Assembly: GCA_010909165.1 (NCBI GenBank)
Contig: MU008173.1
Location: 1-64,000, forward strand
From: Anthoceros angustus
Lineage: Eukaryota > Plantae > Anthocerotophyta
DNA length: 64,000 nucleotides
Direction: 5' to 3'
Position 1 is the stretch's first letter; each line of letters starts with the position of its first letter. This document shows, in pieces, positions 34,939 through 47,569 of this stretch. The translations under genes were made by a program, and so were the position numbers. The notes beneath the pieces are model-generated. The model saw only the letters and a program-made list of their open reading frames with translations. It searched no databases and was not told where the DNA came from.

Positions 34939-37900
34939 ATGGAGGCGGAAATGGAGGACAAGCTGGAGGACTTGGATGATGTCGCTGGGAGGGAGCGCTT
35001 TCGCCGCTACAGGTGGCTTGCGTGTGTGCCTTCTTTTGCTATGCCTGAGTGAGGTCTAACGCGGGACGGAATGCTGGTGACAGGAAACGTAGATCAATCG
35101 GTTCCCAACCTCTTAGTCCGGATTTGCAAAGGATCGTCTCCGCTACAGGAGCGTTTCTGGATGCGACACCGACCAAGGATGCAACTCTGGACAGCTTTCA
35201 AACCCCTAGAAGGACCCCCAAATTCTTCCCCGACTCGCTCACACCGGACTGGTCTGCAGTGCAAGGCAGGGGAAAGACAGAGCCGGAGGAAGAGGAAGAG
35301 GACGAGGACTGGCCAGGTTCTGCAGCTCCCAAGAGTGCAGCTGGAGTCAGCAAATCAGCAGACAGGGGTTTGGCTAGGCCAGCTGCTTCTCCAATCGGAT
35401 TGATCACTGTGAAGCAAGTCTGTACTTTTTTGTCTTTCTACCGCTCTTTGTAAACAATTTTCTTGACGCTTTGTACTACTGTGAGTGACACGGAAGCGGC
35501 GAATGGTTTTTTGCTGTATCTGAAGGTTCGTGATTCGAGCTGTGTTCTGGGTTTCAGGAACCAGGAGAGGAGGTTGCTGACAGTGCTGAGAGCTCGTTTG
35601 CACGGTTTGCTTCAATTGTGGATGCAGCTTCGCAAGGTGAATTTTAGGCAACTAAGCCGGCAGGGTCTATGTACGCAATTGTAGGTTTGGAAGGTTTTCT
35701 AAGGGGTGCATTCTGTAGGTTTTATAAGCTTTCAAGAAGTCCTGCAGCACTTTGAAAGCACGTGCAGGGAGCTTGCAGAGTTGGTCAGGTACCTCGATGC
35801 TAAAATCTGATTTCTTTGCTTCTGTTGCCATGGTTATTCTCTTGGTACAAGTTTTGAAGGAGGCCACCTCAGTAGATTTTTACTCTTCACAGGGAAGAAG
35901 CAGCGGAGAGACACCGTGTCACTGAGGATCGGTTGATGCGGCTGAAGGGTCAAATGCTGCACGGTGAAGCGGCATCATGGGCCCTGCTGTGGCACTTGTT
36001 TGGCAAAGGCAAGCCTCTAGCCCTAATGCTCCTCAGACAGAACACGCTTGCCCAGATGAAGATAGAGAATGCTGAGTAGATTTCTGTTATTCCACGGTGT
36101 GCAGGTCCCGAGGACTTCTATTCTTCAGAGGCTATTGTGGTACTGCTTTCAAACTCTTCAGAGGCTATTGTGGTGTTGCTTTCAAACTTTTCAGACAAGT
36201 TTTGGTCTTGGGATTTAAATGTCTTGGTTTTTAGTTGTCATTAATACATGCCCGTGTTCTTGACAGTCTCCGGCTACATCCCAGCAAGGGGCATGTGAGT
36301 TTTTAGCAACAGATGAAACAGCCCAAAAATGTCTACGGATAGTTCAATGGCTTGAGGAACTTGCTTCGAAAGAGCTCGACTCTGAGAAACAGGCAAGCTA
36401 TGCTTTCTCAGGGCAGGCTTCACGTTCAAGCTCTGTAATTGTGGGGGATCAGGAAGTTTAATGATGCATGGTGTTTCTTCTTGTAGAACAAAGGGTGGTA
36501 TGTTGGGTCTTATGGGCAAAATTTAGGCATCTGGTATCAAACGCAACGGTCCATACGAAAACGGGCTGGCCAAGCTACACTTGTTCAACATCTGGATCCG
36601 GATGCTCCAACCCGAGAAAATGCTCTAATTCACCCTGAAGACCAGGTAATGCCCGTGCACAATATCAATTTGATGGGGGTTCTTGCCCTTTTCAACTTAT
36701 TTATGTCTTAGTTTCAATGTTTGTGGCTGAAAGAAATTGGAGGGAGGCCTCCTTGAAGATGTCTGGAGACTCATACGTGCTGGCAGACTTGGGGAAGCAA
36801 GACAGCTTTGCCGAATTGCCGGTCAGGTGTAAATTTCTTTGCATTTCTTAGCGTGGACATGAAGATTACAGCTTATTTTTCTTGTTTTGTGTTGCTACCA
36901 TAATACAGGTTAGAGACAAAAGCATCGCCGAATGAGAAATTTCACTCGCTTAAACATTGTATGCCAAATTGTTAGAATCATCTAATCTCTGCTCAACATC
37001 ATGTTCCAGGCATGGAGAGCTGCCAGTTTGGGGGGCTGCGGTGACATTGGTCCCTCCCCTTCAGTAGAGTCTTGGTCTAGCCAAGGCAAAGATCGAACTC
37101 TTCAAGCGCTTGAACTGGAAAGTGGATATGGTTACCAGCGTCGTCTGTGGAAATGGGCTTGCTTGTGTGCTTCAGAGGTAAAGTTTCAAGTACACTAATG
37201 GGGTGTACAAGGTACAGGCCTTGTTCCCCTCTGTCTCCTTGAGTCTGAGCATGTCTGGCATGCAGATTGCATGTCATCCTATTTCCACTGTCCTTCACTG
37301 TGCTTTCAATATAAAGCTCATCAGGTTCTTTTTAAGGGGCTTTGAAGTATATCCGAAATCTGGTTATTCCTTTTTTATGCAGAAAATTGGTGAGCACTCA
37401 GATGAAGGAAGATACGAGGCAGCTGTATATGCAGCTCAATGCAGCAATGTTAGGCGAATGTTACCAGTGTGTCTGGATTGGGAGGTATGTGGAAGACTGG
37501 TCTAAATCATTTTCAGGCGTGCATCTCCTTATCTTGAAACTCTTTATGTGATGTTCTACATTTTGTTTCAGTCAGCTTGTTGGTCACTGGTGAGGTCTTG
37601 GCTGGATGTACAAGTGGACCTAGAGCTCCTCCAGCGCAGCATAAATGTGTCTGGTGACAGTGGGGCGGCTGTTGATATGGAGACAACAGTAGGACCAAAA
37701 AGCTGGCCTCATCCAGTTCTAAATCAACAACCACGTGATCTGATTGGTCTGTTCCAAAGGCTGCAAACAGGGTATGACACCTTCCAAGCCCACAGACTAC
37801 GGGTTCTGATGGATCATGCATCTAAATTATAATCATTATGCCTGTTTTTAAGGGATCTGGTCCATGAGAATGTGCATCGAAGCTCTCGAGAGCACCAAAG

Positions 37901-40790
37901 ACTTGTGCAGGTCAGTATATGTCTATGTCTTCAACAGTGTGTAAAGCTGTCTGCCAGGAAGGTTTGTGATTCATTTTCTTCTTACATACTGTGGTAACAG
38001 ATGAGCCTGATGTTAGGAGAGGTAGGGCACCTACTTGATGCTCTGAGGGGATGGGTTGTGCCATCTCGAGAAGAGGGAACCCTTGCCCGGTAATTTGTTT
38101 TTGGTTTTTCTCAAGTTGGTATTTGTTGTGGTATCACAGACCGCTCAGATGTGAACTAACTGGTGTCTCCCTTGACAGACCGCACGGTCATCCCCAAATG
38201 ATTCGATTTGCTGCTCACTTAGTGCTGGTGTTACGGGCAGTTATGCCAGATGCGATTAGGGAAGCGTTCAAAGAGAAGCTTTTGCTTATTGGTGACTTAA
38301 TCTTAAACACGTCGGTGCGCTCAACCCTGCCCGGTCTGATGTAGTATAGTTGTTCCTATGGCAATGCAGTCTCGTGAGTATGACCGTTTGCTGATGAACC
38401 CAGATATGCTATATTCCTCTTCACACAGCAAAAGGAGGAGCTTGTAGGTGTCTATGCTGCACAACTTGCCCCACATTTGTGTGTTGAACTCTTTGTGCAC
38501 ATGATGGATCTTCGGCAGAATGAAAGGTTTGTCGAATCTGTGGAAGAACTGTGTGAGTGTTTTCGTTATCGCTGGACCTAATCAATGCACTTCGTGTACA
38601 GCGTCCTAGTGAAGTACAAAATTTTCAAGTCTGCAGTGGAGTATCTCCCCTTTACACCTGAAGACAGTGCTTCCAAGGGATCTGTTTCAGAGATTTTGCA
38701 AAGGTCTCTTGTGGTTGTTTAAGGATATGTTTTGCAAACCATGTTGAAGTGTTTTGTTGGAACTAGGAGTTGCCCTGGACTCCGATCGGACGCTCAAGAC
38801 GTAGACTGAAAGTACTTTCTACTGTAGGCCAGACTGTGTTCGTGTGCCTGACCCAAATGTTTCTTCTGGATGTGGACAGGGTTCTGAGCAGGGCCCGTGA
38901 ATTGAAACCAGGGGTGAGGCATGTGAAGGCAGAAGAAGCAGGAGAACATCAGAGAGTGGAAAGTGCACGCAAGGCCCACACAGTGCAATGGTTATGCTTC
39001 ACCCCTCCCCCAACTGTGCGCAACCCAGATCTTCTCGGTGCTGAACTTCTTGCCAGAGCTCTTCAATACAGGTGTGCCCTGTGCCCCGCGCTGCAATTGT
39101 GAGTCACCTGACAAGAATCGAAGCTCAATATCTGCTCTCCTGTGTCTGCAGCAACCTCCTTTTCCGAGAGTTTGCGCTAATTTCACTCTGGCGCACATCG
39201 AAGCTGCCCGCTGGTGCCCATGTGCTACTGGGGCACCTTGCAGAGCCTCTGAAGCAGCCCATGGACAACCTTCTTTCTCTTGAGCAGCACAGGGTTCAAG
39301 ATAATCTTGTGGAGTTCAATGATTGGGTTAGTCTGTCTCTCAAGATTGTTATGGTCGTTCTGGCCAGATTCCATTGTCCACGGATCTGCACTACTTACAA
39401 CATATTGTGAGAAATAATTCTGAGAGTTCGCCCATGTTTCAGAGGGAATACTATGCGTGTGATGCTCTGTACCGGAATTGGTACCAGGTGGAAGAAGCGA
39501 GCGCAAGTCTACTTCCTAATAAGTTGTCGTCGGAAGAAAGGGAGAAAACAATTAGGGCAGCTAGGCAGGCCTTGGATGCTGCCTTTGTCTTGTTGAAAAG
39601 TGAGTTTCTGCTTCATCAAGTGAGACGTGAAGTAGACACATAGCTTGATGTATCCTGCCTTCACCACACACGGTTCACATCACTTTCGTTGTGGTTGGCA
39701 GGAAAGGATGTGCTGTGGTTAGCAGACGATAGCGGAGCGGAAGCTCCGCCGGGAGCCGGGGGGTGGCTGGAGTTGAAAGCCACTGCTGTTTTGACCTCAT
39801 CTGCTGGCATTTGCTTGATCCCAGATGCCACAGTCTGCACAGCTTTGACCAGCGCTCTGTATGCATCTGCTGGTGATCACGTCGTTACACGGAGAGAGCT
39901 CACTGTAAGAAACTGAGGTCCATCTTGAGCTTCTTCCTTCTGCAGGCATAGGCGTACCGTACCCTTAGCTGATTCTGTTTTGTTGTCAGGTGGATGTGTC
40001 CGTGAACTCGACAGACGAAAGTTATTTGAACGTTGCTCTGCGCTGCTTACCTGAAAACGGTGACGGGATTGGCGCAGTCGTCAGTCAGGATGGGGGAATC
40101 CTGGCGCGGATTATGGCGACAGCAGTTAAAGGTAATTTGCGAGTTGATCAGAGCTGATGCATGTGCATGCGTGCTTTATCATGTCTTGATATGTGTCAGG
40201 TAGTTCGTTCAACGTCCTTGTAATTTGCAGGGGAGCTGCCACACTTCCAAGTAGGATATGCTTTAGAAGTAGCACGAATCGATGCATGTTACGTAGACGG
40301 AGACGTGGAGCTGCAGACCCCTGCAGATCACATCACGAGGGGACTGTGTCGTCGCTGCTGCATCCCCGAACTTGTTCTACGATCCATGCAGGTGAGTGCA
40401 AATCAGACTTCTGTTTCTGCAGTTTGCCCCAGCCGAGCTTTCGGTTGAACCTCTTGCCTGCACGTTCCCCTGCTGGCACAAACTCTGTGTGCGTCCTTGT
40501 GGCAGATTATTGCGTTCCTTGTTCGGGCAGGCGCTGAAGCAGCAGACGCAAGCAAGGAACTGGTCAAGCTTGTTGTGCAAGAAAAACTGGAGTACTTGTT
40601 CAGCAAGAGGCAACTTCAAGTAAGGACTGCTCCCCCACCGGGCTTCCACTATACCAATAGTCGACGTGTCTCGTCTCCTGAAACTTTAATTCAATTCAAT
40701 TCGTGCTGTACGCAGGAGCTACTTCGTTTCGAGCGAGACATCTGGATACAGAAACTCGCTCTCCGAGAGCAGGACACCGGCGCATCATAA
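34939..40790 (+). CDS. NUP107: Nuclear pore complex protein NUP107 (Nup84/107 family), about 20 exons
   Basis: RERFRRY N-terminus; HLDPDAPTRE; DVWRLIRAGRLGEARQLCRIAGQAWRAASLGG; RRLWKWAC; YEAAVYAAQCSNVRRMLPVCLDWESACW; QMIRFAAHLVLVLR; DNLVEFNDW..YYACDALYRNW; ELLRFERD. Regular GT-AG introns. Individual exon limits were not all traced. Confidence 0.92.
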
Positions 40791-41195
40791 CGTGAAATCG
40801 GGCCTCGGCAAGTGAAACCAAAAGGTTGGCTGGCGGAGGCAAGCCAGGATTCAGCTCGGCCTCATTCTTATCAGGGGAACATTGCGGATCCGGAGCACCG
40901 CGGCTGCCATGTTCGGCTTTGGCTCCGGGGAACCTTGCTTGACTTGACTTCATCATAGTGCTGTCCTATCTTGAAATGCTGGCAGTAGCCATCGTGAGTA
41001 CAAGCAAGCATACGGTAGCTGGGCCATGAATGCGGCATGTAGACTCTTTAATGCAGCAATAAAGCAGGCCCCTCCACTTGTGAGATGATGCGAGCTTGTC
41101 TTGTGCGCAAACTAATTCCACAGGGGGGCAAGGATCCTGGTGTCGCCGGAGTCGCCACGTAAGTACACTCTCGCCTTGTGGTTTTCTTACCATCT

Positions 41196-42390
41196 GCTTC
41201 AACTGAATCTGCTGTTGCATGCACAGCAGGGGTGTTACCTCACCGCAAATAGAAGTTCCAGCTGAACTTCCTGCTCCAGTAGTCTAATGCTCCTGCGATC
41301 TCACCGACCACACATCTGGGTGGGTCCTTAGGGCAGGCCAGCAACAGCATGGCATTTACAGCGGAGGGACCATCACATGTCTACGAACCAGGTGAAGTCA
41401 CAAATTGGCCCAGGGACAGTACGAGTAAACTCCTATCCCTGTGACACCGGCTGAGCAGGCAGTCACATCATCGCAAGGTACTTGCACACTTCTGTTGGCT
41501 GTCATGCAGCTTTAAAAGGAAGGTCCTTGATCCCCTGGGCTGTCTGGCATTTTCCAACTGCCTACAGTGCTCCCGCGGGGCAGCAGCACTACGGGCGGCA
41601 TGGAGTCAAATAACTGTCCAACAAACTCTTTTACGCAAGGTGGGATTTGCGGGGTTCGCAGATTCTTGTGCAAGCAGGATGATGCACACTGCTTGCTGCT
41701 TGCTTACAGGTATGTGCAGCCAGGCACATGGAACCCATAACCCCTTGTTCCGCTCATCGTTGCAGTAGAGCACCTGACACACCCACATTTCTAGGAACCA
41801 CCTCCAGTTCGTACTTAGACAAATCCCGTGGTGGGAAGGTGACTGGAAGTAACTATTCCGGGACGGCCAGCAATGCCGCTCTGAGCCCGAGAAAGAGTGG
41901 AGGATTTTTTGAGAGAGAGGACGCTGGCTGATCAAGTGGGAAGTTCCACTATCTGGGAGCAGTTGGGGTGGTGGTGGATTTGCTACAAAACACAACTCAC
42001 TTCAGTCCTGCCTTTATGCTTCTCCTGTGCTGTGTAGGCCTTCGTCCTATGCAGAGAAGCAGGAATAGTCACGGCGTTCCCAGGTGACAAGTCTTTTTGC
42101 ACCTGCCTCCTTTGCTGCTGGTCATCAAGGCCTGAGAGAGCCCGGCCCCGGCTTCTCCCCTCTCTCTCCCTGCTCCGACTCCCCCATTATTTGGGCTCTC
42201 CGGTCTCCGGGAGCCAGGAGAAGGCGCAGCAACAGACCCAGAAGCCAGAGCCAGAGCGCAAGGGAACATTCAGGTGTGTCAGGCGCTCTCCGAGGTCCTG
42301 GATGCCTTGGAGTAGCAGTGGCATTGCCTTAGATTTCATCGTCCTCGTAATTATGGCCTCCGCCGTCTCGCTTCTCTCTTGCCCATCCAA
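41196..42390 (-). other. Candidate spliced minus-strand gene or lncRNA between NUP107 and SAD
   Basis: A series of donor/acceptor-like pairs (GGCAG|GTGCAA, GCATAG|, TGAA|GTGAGT, ACCT|GTAAGC, CTGTAG|, TGCG|GTGAGG, GATG|GTAAGA). One joinable frame reads ...GYGFHVPGCTYLQLENARQPRGSRTFLLKLHDSQQKCARALDYWSRKFSWNFYLRFS*. No family recognised. Confidence 0.25.
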
Positions 42391-42770
42391 TTTTGCTGCT
42401 GCTTAGCACGTGCTTCCTTGTCCTGCGCTACAGGACAGGCAGTCCGCTTTCGGTCTTCAGTGGATGAATCTGAGCTTCAATTTGCCAGGCAGGTATGTTT
42501 CAGAATTTGAGTCGGAGTCCCCAGTTGGCTCCGTTGGCGTGATATGCACACTCAAGTATCCTGGTGCTGTCTCTGTGGCTATAATTTTGGAGACCACGCA
42601 GGCCTGTCTGCATGTTTTGAACAAATCCATTCCAGCTCCAGGCTGAAGCTGGCGCTCGGGTGGTGGGTATCTGAAGCTGCATTTCAGAGGCAGAGGCGGA
42701 GGAGGAGGAGGAGTTTGTATTTCTACTTCACAAAATTTGAGTAGACGCCCCAGCTCGGGACAGGGCAGCG

Positions 42771-44443
42771 ATGGCGGCGAAGCTTGTGAGCTCTTGGCAC
42801 CAGCTTGCCAGTAAGGCCCAGGACGCCCACCCTCCGATCTCGTTGCCTTCCTTGTCGTGGAGTACTGGTCACGATGTCACCAAACGTAACTTGCTACGGC
42901 CCGTCTTGGGTCCGGGGAAAGCTCTTCCTACCCGGCTTCGGACGAAATGCGAGTTGTTGGCAACATCCGTCAAGCAGAGGTGAAGAATTCTCGCAAAATG
43001 GATGTGGCAATGGAATTAAGGGGGAACGTAATCGATGCTTGTAGCGGAGTCTTATATTGTTTGTGTTGTGGTTGCAGGGAAGTGGAACCCACCTTGAAGT
43101 CTTCTGCTGGGCAGAACCTTATGACTGACAGAGGTCAACTACAGAGGACAGCCAGTGTGACTAGTGCACCAGCGAAGTTTCAAATTCCCAGAGAACAGCT
43201 GGAGGTTATCGAGTCACTGGATGGCTGGGCTCAGACTTCGCTTTTGCCTCTGCTGAAGCCCGTAGACAAGTGTTGGCAGCCGCAAGATTACCTTCCCGAT
43301 GCATCGTCCGAGAGCTTCTACGAGGATGTGAGAGCGCTGCAGCAAAGGGCACGGGAGCTCCCCGATGACTATCTGGTGTGCCTGGTGGGAGATATGATCA
43401 CAGAGGAGGCTCTGCCAACATACCAGTCTGTTTTCAACACTTTCGAAGGAGTGAGAGACACCACAGGTAGCAGTCCAACACCATGGGGAGTGTGGGTCAG
43501 GGCATGGACAGCAGAGGAGAATCGCCATGGAGATCTGTTGAACAAGTATCTGTATCTTTCTGGCAGGGTGGACATGAAGATGGTAGAGAGAACGACTCAG
43601 CATTTGATTGGCTCGGGCATGGTATGATGACTTATTCTCCCACACCAGCTTCAGAGTAAATTTTTTGTCGGTTAGCATCTTGTTGCCTGCCTTCTGACCA
43701 CGAACTCCGCTTCCTTTCTGCACAGTGACTGGAGCAGCGCAGTGCTGTCTAACTATCGACTGTCACGTCTGCTTGTACTGCAGGATCCCGGAATCGACAA
43801 CAGTCCCTACAATGGCTTCATCTACACTTCTTTCCAGGAGCGTGCTACATTTATTTCCCATGGTAACACTGCCAAGCATGCCAAGAAATTTGGAGAGAGC
43901 AAGCTTGCTACCATCTGCGGGATGATTGCTTCTGACGAGAAAAGACACGAGATCGCCTACACCCGGATCATGGAGCAGCTGTTCAATCTAGACCCTAGTG
44001 GTGCTATGATTGCATTCGAGGAGATGATGAGGAAGAGGATCACGATGCCGGCTCACTTGATGTTTGATGGGGAAAATCGCCACCTGTTTCAAGACTACGC
44101 TTCAGTAAGAAGACCCCTTTCGCATCAGTTCCTTGCTTGTTTGTGTGTTCAACAAGTCTTCATTGTGCGTCTTATACCTTGACCTCTGCTTTCGCAGGTT
44201 GCTCAGCGATGTGGAGTTTATACGAGCAGAGATTATGCCCAAATTATCGAGCACTTGATTCAAGCCTGGAAAGTGGAAGAACGAGTGGGACTCTCCAGCG
44301 AGGCACAGCGGGCTCAGGATTACGTGTGTAATCTTCCCAGACGCATCCTAAGGTTGGAAGAACGAGCTGAGAGCCGATCGCAAAACAGACCTGCCAAAAC
44401 GGCTGCCTTTAGCTGGATTTTCAACAAGGAAGTTGCGTTGTAA
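42771..44443 (+). CDS. SAD: Plastid stearoyl-ACP delta-9 desaturase (exons 42771-42979, 43078-43621, 43784-44104, 44198-44443)
   Basis: Transit-peptide-like exon 1; [86 protein letters not shown] (both di-iron ExxH motifs), [11 protein letters not shown]. Confidence 0.97.
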
Positions 44444-46269
44444 CAGAATCACATCGGTAGCAGCGGAATCTGATTGACACGGCACGGCCAAACAAGCAAC
44501 TGCTCTCACATTTGGACTCACTAAAAATTCCGAGAATTCATATAAGAACGCAAAGGTTTGTAAATATATTTATAGATATGTATGTGGTACATTAGCGTGC
44601 GAACATATTACTATGAAACATCTTAATTTTAATATAGATCTTACAAGAGAAAATTCAATAGATTTAAAATTATATTTACTTTTTCATCTCTAGAGGACAG
44701 ATTACGCTGAATCTGATTCATATACAGTTTATTACTGGATAAGACGATTGATAGTCTGATAAAGGTTAGAAAATATTATTGTTTTTAAATATAAATAAAT
44801 TGAAAATATTTTATTGAACTAATATATATATAAACTTATGAAGAAGTATTATTACAGCTGGTTAAAGCTCGCACTATGATTAGGCAAGCTCTGACCATAG
44901 GACATAATGAGATAAACCGTCTATTAGGAGTGTATTGAAAAGTAAATATTATAACATGTGGTCAAAGCTTGCACTATTAAGTCATAGATAAACCTATGTT
45001 TTTGTCCCCACAATTTATCTCTTTGAGGCACTATTAGTTGTTCCCACTTATGCTTTAAGACAGCGTCCACATGAGCAGGTCCATTTTGAGCCAACAACAA
45101 CATGAGCACCTATTGATATTAGACCTCTCAGTCTCCCTAATCGCAGAAAAACGCTCGCTCGCATTCTTCTCGTGATGTGGAAAATTGGTGGTGCAAGTTT
45201 CAGGCAGTCACAACAGTTTTTGAGGTAGAGGTGAAGGGCCTCGTAGTTTTCATATGGAGAAAACAAGCCCATCATATTTTTTGGTATTTAGTTAAGAGGA
45301 AAATTTGTCCAAAAGGTCCGAAAACTAGCTTAGGCCTTTTGGGGTTAAGGGAGAAGGGCTAGAGTCAGCTTTTTTGCAAAGAAAAATACATCAGATTAGA
45401 ACAAATTGGTACAAAGACCCGCCGTTTAAAGACGGCAATGCTAATTGCGAAAGCCAAAGGCCCTAATCTATTAAAGTAGACTAGAGTTGGCCTAAAACTT
45501 GCTTACCTTGCTCACAGCTTTGCCAATACAAGGGGTGTGTTCTTGACACATTTGTATGAGACTAATGACGGCTTGTTGCAGGTAGGGTATTTCTTTATGG
45601 CTTCTCTCTCCTTGTTGTACAAATTTCTTCCGCATATGCACTCAGTAGGCTCTGATAGATTCTACACTGTTAGCAACATTTACGGTAGTATCTAGATTTT
45701 ATCAAGTGACATCTAAACGTTTCGTATGCAGACATATGTATATTTTGAAAAGTTTGAAATCCTTGTTGCAAAAACTTGAAGGTGCTAGATCACTTAGGTT
45801 GACTCCAAATGCGACTTCCTTTGTTCTTACATAGTAACATTTTTCCAAGGAGGTTTATACCTTCAACAAGTCAACATGTTCTACATTTGGCATCACTGAC
45901 CATGAAGCACTTTCGCTCCCAAAAGTTTTAGGACTCATATATGTCTTAACTCTAAATAACTTCATATTCACATAAGTACCACCTATAGACTTCATTTAAT
46001 CTCCTTTACAAAAATATTATCATGGCCTAAAATAGTTTTTTTCCTAATTACTTCGTTGGCAAGGTTTGGCAAAGTGCGAAAAATCTGTTATAACGAAACA
46101 TTTATAACAATAATAGATCCATACTAATAGGCACGGTTTTGGTAGAAACCATGATACCCTATGTTACGTGAAGTAGTTCAAATCCGCTAGCGAACCCAAA
46201 CCGAAAGTGTGATATGCCCAATAACAGCGTTGTAAATGTAGGCCACGACCATGATAATAGCTCTGGGAT

Positions 46270-46850
46270 ATGTGCACACCCAATTTCCTAATAGTAAACT
46301 TTCCCTCCACGACCATGACTCTGGGATATATTTGGCTCGCTGCCCCCATGGGGTCAACGCATCGGCACCCACGATGCCATCCGCGACGTCACGTTTGCTA
46401 TAGCTCGCATAAGTGGGTACATGGCTTGGAGAGAGTGGTGTTACACTTTTCGTACAAGTCAGCCGTGTAGGGCCAACTTGTACCTTGTTCGCAGCGACCA
46501 GGTGTCGGTGGCGGACGTGGTGGTCACCGATCCTGCATGTGACACCACCTTTGTTCACATCATCACTAATCGTCAAAGCTAGGCTACTGTTGAAGCAGCG
46601 GCTCTCAAGGTTAGGAAGTATGATGCAATGGAAGCGGGCCACCACTTCATTCCGGTCGCCTTGGAAACGTATGGGGCTATGGCTGAGGACTTCAATAAAT
46701 TTCTAAATTTCTTACGCCAAAGCCTACCATGCCCACAAGCACGGACAACGCTGTCCCTCTCCTACTTCATGGCATTTTTCAGACGCATTTCCATCCCCTT
46801 CAACGGATACTCGCAACGGCGATCCTCCACAAGGCGGCGACAGTATGTGA
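46270..46850 (+). mobile_element. RLE-type (CRE/NeSL/R2-like) LINE 3' fragment: zinc knuckle plus restriction-like endonuclease
   Basis: YLARCPHG-QRIGTHDAIRDVTFAIARISG...DQVSVADVVVTDP...KVRKYDAMEAGHHFIPVALETYG...RRIS. Confidence 0.75.
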
Positions 46851-47569
46851 TGCATCCTCCTCTTCCTAAAGAAGAGGAGGATGCATGTAGGCCATTCATT
46901 AAGCCTACATATGATATTGGTGGCACAGTTGATGACTTGGTTGCTCCTGTTTACCACAACCCTCGGGGTCTCCCATTGTTGTCCCATGAATAGGCTCTCT
47001 ATGACACAAGTAGCTTAGGCACACCATGGTACAAGTTGTTAAGTACCAAACTCGCATGGAAAATTCAATCCAAGTGGACTATAATATATTCTTTTCCTCA
47101 TTCTCTCCCCATATTTTTCCCCACAATAAAATTAATTATCCTTTGTTTTTAGACAACAACAACAATTGACACAAGTAATCACGAAAGATCGAACATCGAA
47201 CGGCTGCCGGGAGGAGTTCTCGTTGCTCGTGCACGGCCCGACAACACCAGGGAAAACGCAAAGCTCGTCGCGGGGGTCCGCTTGACATGGCGTGATAGTG
47301 TGAACTGGCTGTGGTATCAAATCAGAAGAGCTTAGTTTTTCTACAGACAGAGTTCCGACGCTAGGAAACAGAGTTCTTCCTAGCGTCGGCAGTAGTAGCC
47401 TCCAAGTGAACATGCAACTCGCCTTACATCAGGGCTGTCTGCCCAAAGGGGGTTCGCTCGAGCGAGGAGCGATTGCACAGCGACAGGCTGCCATACCAGC
47501 TTCCGGTTTCGGAATGAGTGTGGATGTGTGGCCACGAACTCGTCTTTGATTGAGGGACCACGCAACAAG

